From an uncultured Chloroflexia bacterium (lineage in GTDB: Bacteria; Chloroflexota; Limnocylindria; Limnocylindrales; CSP1-4): a DNA stretch of 64,000 nucleotides. The DNA lies in NCBI GenBank assembly GCA_963707215.1, contig CAVPPB010000003.1:896001-960000 (forward strand), in the 5' to 3' direction. The translations under genes were made by a program, and so were the position numbers. Positions 56,987 through 64,000 of the stretch are shown piece after piece (within the stretch, counting starts at the first letter, position 1; the number at the start of each line of letters is the position of its first letter). A model generated the notes under the pieces. That model did not search any database, was not told the origin of the DNA, and saw nothing but the letters and a program-made list of their open reading frames with translations.

Positions 56987-58554
56987 GCCTGACCATCGAT
57001 CCTCCGCGCTCCTCCCCGACCCTCGTCCCGCGCGGCTCGCCGGGCCGCTCCCGGGCCGTCGTCGTCGGCGCCGGGATCGGTGGCCTCGCGATCGCGATCC
57101 GGCTGCTCGCCGACGGTCACGACGTCACCGTCCTCGAGGGCCGGCCGACGGTCGGAGGGCGGGCCTCGCGCATCCGCGACGGCGGGTTCACGTTCGACAC
57201 GGGTCCATCGCTCATCACCATGCCCTGGCTCTTCGACGAGCTGTTCGGCCTGGCTTCCTCGAGCCTCGCGCGGGAGGTCCGCCTCCACCGCCTGGAGCCC
57301 GGCTACCGCATCTACTGGACGGACGTCGACGGCGCCCCCCGGCCGCGCTCCTTCGACTTCGCGACCGACCGTGACCTACTGAGGGCCGAGGTCGCCAAGT
57401 TCTCGACCGTCGACGCCAGGCGCCTGGACGCGTTCCTGGAGGCGAGTCGCGAGATCCACGAGGAGGGGGTCCTGGTGGCAGGCCGGAAGGCGTTCCAACG
57501 CCTCGGCGACTTCGTCGGACTGGTCCCCCGGATGGTCGGGATGAACGCGATCCGGTCGCTCGACTCGTTCGTCGGGAGCTACTTCCACGACCCCCGGGTC
57601 CGCCAGGTGTTCGACTTCCACTCGCTGTTCATCGGCGGCGACCCGCGCCGCGTGCCCGGCATCTACGCCGCGCTCGTCTGGCTCCAGGTCGCGGACGGGA
57701 TCTGGTACGCGGAGGACGGGGTCTACAGCGTCATCGAGGCCATGGCGCGACTCGTTGAGGGCGGCGGTGGCCGGATCATCACCGAGGCCCCGGTCGAGCG
57801 GATCGCCCATCGGGACGGCCGCGTCCGGGCGGTCCTCCTCGCGTCCGGCGACGAGGTCCCAGCCGACATCGTGGTCTCGAACGCGGACGTGACGAGCCGT
57901 CGGTCGCTCCTCGCCGACGCTCCGGAGCCGCTGCCCTGGCGGGCCCGGTCGTTCCGGACCACGATGAGCGCCTACCTGCTGTACCTCGGCACGACGCGCC
58001 GCTTCCCGCAACTCCGCCACCACACGCTACTGGTCGGGTCGGACTACCACGGCTTCATCGACGACGTGACCCGGCATCGAAGGGAGCCCCGGACCCTGTC
58101 CTTCTACATCCATGCCCCGGCCCACACCCAGCCGTCCATGGCCGTCCCGGGCGGCGAAGCGCTCTCGGTCCTGCTGCCGGTCCCGAACCTGCTAGCCGGC
58201 ATCGACTGGGAGGAGGCCGGGCCGCGGATCCGCGACCGGATCGTTCTCGCCCTCGAGCGGTTCGGCCTCGAGGGGCTCGGGGAGTCGATCGCGGTCGAGC
58301 ACAGCTGGACGCCGCTGACGTTCCGCGATGAACTCGGCGCTCCCGACGGCAACGCCTTCGCCATCGAGCCGTCCCTCCACCAGTCCGCCTACTTCCGCCA
58401 GCCGAACCGCGACCGTTCGGTGGCCGGCGTCTACTGGGTCGGGGGCGGGACGCACCCGGGGGCGGGCATGCCAGGCACCCTGCTCACCGCCGAGGTGACC
58501 GCCGGGCTGGTCCGGGCGGATGGCGGGAGCCGGCCGTCGGGAGTCCGGGTGTGA
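56983..58554 (+). CDS. crtI: Phytoene desaturase
   Basis: VVGAGIGGL, FTFDTGPS, GGTHPGAGMP. Confidence 0.92.
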   Translation: MSLTIDPPRSSPTLVPRGSPGRSRAVVVGAGIGGLAIAIRLLADGHDVTVLEGRPTVGGRASRIRDGGFTFDTGPSLITMPWLFDELFGLASSSLAREVRLHRLEPGYRIYWTDVDGAPRPRSFDFATDRDLLRAEVAKFSTVDARRLDAFLEASREIHEEGVLVAGRKAFQRLGDFVGLVPRMVGMNAIRSLDSFVGSYFHDPRVRQVFDFHSLFIGGDPRRVPGIYAALVWLQVADGIWYAEDGVYSVIEAMARLVEGGGGRIITEAPVERIAHRDGRVRAVLLASGDEVPADIVVSNADVTSRRSLLADAPEPLPWRARSFRTTMSAYLLYLGTTRRFPQLRHHTLLVGSDYHGFIDDVTRHRREPRTLSFYIHAPAHTQPSMAVPGGEALSVLLPVPNLLAGIDWEEAGPRIRDRIVLALERFGLEGLGESIAVEHSWTPLTFRDELGAPDGNAFAIEPSLHQSAYFRQPNRDRSVAGVYWVGGGTHPGAGMPGTLLTAEVTAGLVRADGGSRPSGVRV

Positions 58555-59530
58555 CGCTGGGCCTCGGAAACCCCGTGGCCAGCGGCGTCCCGCATCGCCC
58601 GGGCCCCGCCCGGTGACCGGGCGAGCCGAGCCGACGGAGGCGCCCTCCGCCGACCGCCCGGTCCCCCACGACCCGGCCGTCGCGGCCCTGCTCCCCGAGG
58701 CCCGCCGGACCATCGAGCGGGTCGCCCGGACATTCGCGCTGGCCGCCCGGTTGCTGCCGCCCACCGTGCGGGAGGACGTCGACCTCCTGTATCTGGTCCT
58801 GCGGACGCTCGACGACCTCGTCGACCTCGAGGCCCAGGGCTCCGACGACCCCACCGTCGCGGGCCGGCTGGCCGCCGTCGAGGCCTGGGCTGCCGGCCGA
58901 CCGCCGGTCGAGCCCACTCGCGAGACGCGGATCCTGGACGACCTTGCCCGTCGCCACCCCGACCTGCCCCGGGAGGCCGTTGCCGACTTCACGGCCGGCA
59001 TGCGCCAGGATCTCGCCGGTCCGGACATCGCGACCGAGGATGACCTGGACCTGTACGCCTACCGGGTCGCCGGGACGGTGGGCCGGCTGATGGCGGCGAT
59101 CCTGGGCACGAAAGGACCGGAGGCCGACGCGGCGGCCCGCTCGCTGGGCATCGCGATGCAGCGGACGAACATCCTGCGGGATCTCGACGAGGACCTGGCC
59201 CGCGGCCGCTGCTACGTTCCGCGGGAGACCCTGGCGAGACACGGGATCGCCGATGCCGAGGCGCTGCTGTCGGCGGACCGGAGCACCCTCCTCCGCGAGG
59301 CGATCGGCCGGGCCGACGCGGCGTACGACCTCGGGCTCGCCGGGACGCCGCTGCTGCTCCATGGTCGACGGTCGATAACGGCGGCAGGCCGTCTCTACCG
59401 GGAGATCCTCCGCCAGATCGAGCGCGACGGCCTCGGCAGCCGACGGCCCCACCGGGCCGTGGTCCCGCGCTGGCGCAAGGCAGCCATCGTGGCGGCGGTC
59501 CTCGCGAGCCCGACCCCCAGGGCCGGCTGA
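58520..59530 (+). CDS. crtB: Phytoene synthase (start uncertain; alternative GTG 58613)
   Basis: RTF, RTLDDLVD, YRVAGTVG, TNILRDLDED, YVP. Confidence 0.92.
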   Translation: MAGAGRRESGCDAGPRKPRGQRRPASPGPRPVTGRAEPTEAPSADRPVPHDPAVAALLPEARRTIERVARTFALAARLLPPTVREDVDLLYLVLRTLDDLVDLEAQGSDDPTVAGRLAAVEAWAAGRPPVEPTRETRILDDLARRHPDLPREAVADFTAGMRQDLAGPDIATEDDLDLYAYRVAGTVGRLMAAILGTKGPEADAAARSLGIAMQRTNILRDLDEDLARGRCYVPRETLARHGIADAEALLSADRSTLLREAIGRADAAYDLGLAGTPLLLHGRRSITAAGRLYREILRQIERDGLGSRRPHRAVVPRWRKAAIVAAVLASPTPRAG

Positions 59531-59538
59531 GCGCATCG

Positions 59539-60222
59539 GTGGACGCGCTCAGCGACCTCGCCTCGCTCGACCTCGGGGTCGGCATGCCGGACCTGGGGCT
59601 GCCTCTCTCGCTGGGCCTTCTCGCCCTCGGCTGGATCGTCGGCTCGTTCCCCAGCGCGGTGGTCATCGGTCGGCTGTTCGGCGTGGATCCGCGACACCAG
59701 GGTGACCGGAACCCCGGCTCGGCGAACGTCTGGAAGCTGGCGGGCCCGGTCGCCGGGATGGCCGTGTTCACGCTCGACCTCGCGAAGGTGATCGCTCCGG
59801 GCGTCGTCGGCTGGCTGGTCGGCGGCTTCTGGGGCGCCTGGTGCGGGGCGATGGGTGGCGTCCTGGGGGCGATGCGGCCGGTCATCCCCGGGATGCCCGG
59901 TGGCCGGGGCGTCAACGCGGGTGCCGGGGCGGCCCTGGTCCTCCATCCCGCAGCTGCTGCGATCGCGATCGCTCTCTTCGCCGGCGCCTGGCTGCTCACG
60001 CGCCGACGGATCGTCGCCATCGCCGTGGGGTTCACCGCCTATCCGCTGGCGGCGCTGCTCCTGAGCGTCCGCTCCCTCGCGGACGCCTGGCTGCTGGCCG
60101 GCATCGGGACGCTCTACCTCGTCCTGGTGGCCCGCTACGTCGCCACGGCCGGTCGATCACGGCCGGGCGGTGCGGAGCCGCACCCGGAGCCCGGCGTCAG
60201 CGGGTCGACGCCCCGGACGTGA
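59539..60222 (+). CDS. Divergent PlsY-like acyltransferase
   Basis: GSFPS..D.RHQGDRNPGSANV, DLAK, GGRGV; last gene of the crt operon. Confidence 0.8.
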   Translation: MDALSDLASLDLGVGMPDLGLPLSLGLLALGWIVGSFPSAVVIGRLFGVDPRHQGDRNPGSANVWKLAGPVAGMAVFTLDLAKVIAPGVVGWLVGGFWGAWCGAMGGVLGAMRPVIPGMPGGRGVNAGAGAALVLHPAAAAIAIALFAGAWLLTRRRIVAIAVGFTAYPLAALLLSVRSLADAWLLAGIGTLYLVLVARYVATAGRSRPGGAEPHPEPGVSGSTPRT

Positions 60223-60252
60223 CGGGGCCCCGTCCGCGCGGACGAGGCCCCG
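60223..60252. terminator. Hairpin between convergent crt operon and phoX
   Basis: CGGGGCC-C-CGTCCG / CGGACG-A-GGCCCCG. Confidence 0.6.
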
Positions 60253-60276
60253 ATCGGATCGGCGCAGCGAGAGGGG

Positions 60277-61773
60277 TCAGGCCCCGTCGATGCGGACGAG
60301 GAGCAGCTGGCCGCCCTCGCGCTTCTGGATGGCCCCCGGGATCCACGGCGACTCGACCTGGTCGCCGACGAAGACCGTGTGGGCCTGGACGGTGATCAGG
60401 AACGCCCCGTTGCCGAAGTACTGCGAGGCATCGACGACGCCGCTGATCTCCCAGGCGCCGAGGTTGGCGGCCGGGTCGAGGGCCTGGTCGGCCCGGAGGA
60501 CGACCTCGAGCTCGCCGCTGTGCAGGTCGTACCGCCAGACGCGGGCGGTCGTCGAGTCGGGCGAGCCGGGGGCGTAGTTGTTGCCGGAGCTCGGATCCTC
60601 GGTGATGAGCAGGCTGTTCGCCGTCGTCTCGAGGTTGTCGGGCTGGTGGATGGCGCCGAGGGCCTTGAGGCCGAGGGCGTCATGGTCGAAGAGGAAGCGC
60701 AGGCTCAGGACCTGGGACGGATCCTCGGGATCGAGCTCCATCCGCCAGACACGCCCGTTCGGGGCCCCGCCGGAGCCTCGGCCGGAGTCGGCCAGGTAGA
60801 CGACGTTCGGCGTGATCCGGTCGTAGGCGATGTCCTCGATCCGGATGAAGTCGAAGACGCCATTGGCCTGGGACCAGGTCTCGAGGGCCGTCTGGTCGCC
60901 GTCCGCTACCGTGTCCGGGACCGCGATGAACTCGCCGCTCAGCTCCTCGCCGAAGGTGACGTCGTAGTAGTCGTCGTCGGCGCCGTCGGCCTTGAAGGCC
61001 CACAGGCTGCCGCCGTCGTCCCACATGGTCTGGGTATCGGGGGCCGTGTAGAGGTAGAGCTGCGACTGCGGCGGGTTGCTGACGAACGTGTCGTCGCCGG
61101 ACAGGACGGCGATCGTGTCGTAGCCCGGCAGGGCGACGCTGTTCTCGTGGTTGTGGCGGCCCATCCGGTGGATGCTGCGGTACTCGCCGCTGTCCACGTC
61201 GTAGGCGACCACGACGCCGGCCTGCTCCGGGTCGGAGCCGCCCGCGTCCAGCGGGAAGCTCGGCGTACCCGTACGGTTGAAGGTCTGGACCGCCTCCTCG
61301 TTGGTGAGCACGAGGTAGCGATCGAGGCCCTGCTCGGGTCCGGCCATGAAGTTCGAGCAGAAGCGCTGGTAGTTGGCGCTCGACGGGATGGCGTGCGAGG
61401 CCTCGAGGACCTTCCCGTTGCCACGCTTGAGCGTCAGCTTGCTGAGCAGGGAGTTGGTGTAGTCGACCTTGGTCGCCGGGAACGGCTCGAGCGAGGTCTC
61501 GTGGTGGACGTAGATGTCGAGCGTGTTGGTGCCGCGCGGATCGATGGCGATCCCGTCGGGGATGGCCTCCAAGACGTAGTCGCCGACCATGTCGCCGACG
61601 CTGATGAGGGCGCGGATCTCGACGTCGTCGCGGGCCGCCTCCACCATCGGGTCGCCCGACGTCCGGAAGCCGGGGTCCGCGCTGACGGTCGACGCCGTCG
61701 TCGCCAGGATCGCGGCAGCCGCGAACAGCGCGGTCAGCCGGCGACCACTCGCTGGCATGGGGAGCTGTGCCAT
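60277..61773 (-). CDS. Secreted PhoX/DUF839-family alkaline phosphatase-like protein
   Basis: Signal peptide, HHE, RFCS, TNEE, MGRHNHEN, RIED, PDN, ED, WEISG, QAH. Confidence 0.82.
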   Translation of the reverse strand: MAQLPMPASGRRLTALFAAAAILATTASTVSADPGFRTSGDPMVEAARDDVEIRALISVGDMVGDYVLEAIPDGIAIDPRGTNTLDIYVHHETSLEPFPATKVDYTNSLLSKLTLKRGNGKVLEASHAIPSSANYQRFCSNFMAGPEQGLDRYLVLTNEEAVQTFNRTGTPSFPLDAGGSDPEQAGVVVAYDVDSGEYRSIHRMGRHNHENSVALPGYDTIAVLSGDDTFVSNPPQSQLYLYTAPDTQTMWDDGGSLWAFKADGADDDYYDVTFGEELSGEFIAVPDTVADGDQTALETWSQANGVFDFIRIEDIAYDRITPNVVYLADSGRGSGGAPNGRVWRMELDPEDPSQVLSLRFLFDHDALGLKALGAIHQPDNLETTANSLLITEDPSSGNNYAPGSPDSTTARVWRYDLHSGELEVVLRADQALDPAANLGAWEISGVVDASQYFGNGAFLITVQAHTVFVGDQVESPWIPGAIQKREGGQLLLVRIDGA

Positions 61774-61887
61774 GCGGAGCCACCTCCAGGGCACTCGGGG
61801 TGGACGGCCATCGTGCCGTGCCCGGACCCGCATGGGCACGAGCGCTGGTGACCCGTCGGCGGCGGTGCGTCCACGCACCACCGCGGG

Positions 61888-63570
61888 TCAGGATCGAGGC
61901 GCCACCCAGTCCGGCAGCCGGCGCGCCAACGTCGCCAGGGGCAGCGAACCGTGCCCCAGGACCTCGTCGTGGAAGCCCTTGAGGTCGAAACGATCGCCGT
62001 CGCGCTCCTCCAGCTGGCGACGCAGCCGCTGGATCTCGAGCTGGCCCAGCATGTAGGTCAGCGCCTGGCCGGGCCAGACGATGTAGCGGTCGGTCTCGAT
62101 GACGGCATCGGTCATCGTCAGACCGGCCTCGAAGAGGAAGTCGATCGACTGCTGGCGCGTCCAGCGAAGCGCATGGATGCCGCTGTCGACGACCAGGCGG
62201 GCCGCCCGCCAGGCCTGGGCGGTCAGCATCCCGTAGCGCTCCTGGTCGTTGCGGAAGAGGCCAAGCTCGTCGGCCAGCCGCTCCGAGTAGAGGCCCCACC
62301 CCTCGACGTAGGCCCCGCCCGCCATGCGGGCGCCGAACCGCCGGAAGGTTCCCAGGCGGTCGTTCTCCATCTCGAGAGCGATCTGGAAGTGGTGGCCCGG
62401 CACGGCCTCGTGGTAGGTCGTCGTGGCGAGGCTGGAGTACATCCGCGACGGCAGGTCGTAGGTGTTGGCGTAGTAGATGCCGTCGCGGGTCCCGGCGATG
62501 TCCGGCGGGCTGTAGTAGGCGAAGGGTGCGTCCTTCTCCTTGAAGGTCTCGACGGCCCGGACCTCGCAGCCGGCTCGCGGCAGGCGCCCGAAGTAGCGAG
62601 GCGCCAGCGCCATCGCCCGCTCGATATCCTCGCGAGCCCGGCTGAGCATCTCCTCGGCCGTGGCCGGGTGGTTGCCGGGATCGTCGACGAGTTGCCGGCG
62701 GTAGGCGGCCAGGTCGCTGCCGAAGCCGGCCGCCTCCGAGATCGCCCGCTGCTCGGCACGGATCGACTCCAGCTGCTGGAGGCCGATCCGGTGGACCTCG
62801 GCGGGGTCGATGTCGAGGGTGGTCCAGGCCAGGACCTGGGTCCGGTAGAGCACGTCGCCGCGCGGCAGCGACCAGATCCCCGGGTCCTCGCGCGTGGATG
62901 GGTACGACTCCTTGATGGCCCGGAGGAAGGCCGCGTCGGCCGGGTAGACGACATCCCGGACGACCTCCCTGACCCGCTCCCGGGTCTCGGCCGAGGCGTC
63001 GCGGAGGAGCGACGGGATGACCGCCTCGGCGATCGGGACGGCCAGGAGCCCCTCGAGCTGGGCGATGGTCCGGTCAGCGGCCACGCGGGCCGGGGTCAGG
63101 CCGAGCGCGACGCCCTCCCGGATGAGCTCGACGTTGGCGGCCATGTACGGACCGTAGGCCCGCAGCCTGGTGAGGAGCCGCTCAGCCCGCTCCGGCGTGT
63201 CGGCACGCTGGAACTGGACCAGCTGGGGCAGCACCGTCTGGGGCCCTTCGATCTGGTCGACGAGGCGAAGCAGGTCGGCCCGCTGGTCGTCCTGGGCGAT
63301 CGCGAGGCCGGCGATGGTCAGCAGCAGGTCCCGGGTGATCGTGTCCTCGACGGACAGGCCCTCCGGGTCGATCGCCCGGGCCTCCCGAAGGACGTCCTCG
63401 TTGACCGTCCGGGCCCGGGCGCGGCCCGCTCCGGAGGGATCCTCGAGACGGTCGTCGTAGCGCTCGTCGCCGTACATGGTGGCCACGGTCGGGTGCAGCT
63501 CCAGGAGCGACTCCCAGTACCGATCGGCAAGGGCATCGACGGGCGAGGTGGTTTCGGCGGACATGGTCAC
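61888..63570 (-). CDS. DUF885 family protein
   Basis: YHEAVPGHHFQ, YVEGWGLYSE, RLVVDSGIH, PGQALTY. Confidence 0.92.
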   Translation of the reverse strand: MTMSAETTSPVDALADRYWESLLELHPTVATMYGDERYDDRLEDPSGAGRARARTVNEDVLREARAIDPEGLSVEDTITRDLLLTIAGLAIAQDDQRADLLRLVDQIEGPQTVLPQLVQFQRADTPERAERLLTRLRAYGPYMAANVELIREGVALGLTPARVAADRTIAQLEGLLAVPIAEAVIPSLLRDASAETRERVREVVRDVVYPADAAFLRAIKESYPSTREDPGIWSLPRGDVLYRTQVLAWTTLDIDPAEVHRIGLQQLESIRAEQRAISEAAGFGSDLAAYRRQLVDDPGNHPATAEEMLSRAREDIERAMALAPRYFGRLPRAGCEVRAVETFKEKDAPFAYYSPPDIAGTRDGIYYANTYDLPSRMYSSLATTTYHEAVPGHHFQIALEMENDRLGTFRRFGARMAGGAYVEGWGLYSERLADELGLFRNDQERYGMLTAQAWRAARLVVDSGIHALRWTRQQSIDFLFEAGLTMTDAVIETDRYIVWPGQALTYMLGQLEIQRLRRQLEERDGDRFDLKGFHDEVLGHGSLPLATLARRLPDWVAPRS

Positions 63571-63636
63571 TCCCGTGCGGCGCGTCGCGGACGCGGCTCT
63601 TGGACGGCAAGCGTAGCGCTCCGGCTCGACCGGGAC

Positions 63637-63999
63637 TCAGCCGTTGAAGAGCGGGAGCTGCTCCCCTCCCCGCTCGACGATCGGATCGAGTCCGAGGTAC
63701 GGCTCGAGCCCATCGAGGGTCGGGGCCTCGAGCTCGGCGAAGGCGCGGAGGTGGTGGGCCTTGAGGAAGTGCCAGTTGTCGACGGTCAGGGCGGCCCGCA
63801 GGATCGGCGAGCGCTCGAGCTTGTGGCGGATGAGCTCGGCCCGCTCGGGCGGCACGACCATGATCCGGACGATCCGATCGTCCGGCGGGACCCGGCCACC
63901 CCGGCGGATGACCGGCTCATCGAGCATGGCCGTCCACTGGACCGTGAACAGCACCGTGAGTCTGCGGCGGGCGTACCAGATGGCGTCCGTCTCGGCGAG
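63637..63999 (-). CDS. C-terminal part of a hypothetical protein (truncated by window edge)
   Basis: Frame open to the window edge (LAETDAIWY...); ends EQLPLFNG. Confidence 0.7.
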   Translation of the reverse strand, partial: LAETDAIWYARRRLTVLFTVQWTAMLDEPVIRRGGRVPPDDRIVRIMVVPPERAELIRHKLERSPILRAALTVDNWHFLKAHHLRAFAELEAPTLDGLEPYLGLDPIVERGGEQLPLFNG

Positions 64000-64000
64000 C

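Noticed and set aside
1-64000. Mobile elements, prophage, tRNA or rRNA
   Set aside because: No integrase, transposase or phage motifs, no recognisable tRNA/rRNA, and composition looks uniform

Overview
Very GC-rich bacterial chromosomal segment with about 56 supportable CDS. Gene content suggests Chloroflexota, possibly Limnocylindria/Ellin6529-like; this is an inference. I found no tRNA, rRNA, CRISPR array, transposase or prophage. Housekeeping and metabolic genes include map, ybaK, a DEAD-box helicase, tag, thyX, punA, moaA, acs, an Opp/Dpp peptide ABC operon with hydrolases, a 6-GAF histidine kinase/NarL pair, PhoX and DUF885. Main highlights: (1) the punA-moaA intergenic region holds a probable unannotated ~157-nt structured ncRNA with its own -10 element, a 5'/3' closing stem and a repeated 11-mer, directly downstream of four DnaA-box-like sites; (2) a GreA fused to an N-terminal GIY-YIG-like domain; (3) a C50-carotenoid operon with a lycopene elongase::GT2 fusion and a divergent PlsY-like acyltransferase; (4) a divergent cyclic-nucleotide module (two stand-alone CNBDs, a cyclase-STAND-TPR protein and a FOXRED2-like flavoprotein); (5) a coiled-coil scaffold paired with a receiver-MinD/CpaE ATPase; (6) a pervasive leaderless-promoter signature that also supports a missed 57-aa zinc-ribbon ORF ending in ALAA; (7) a probable ATA start codon for the helicase. 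All calls come from reading motifs by eye; no searches were run.
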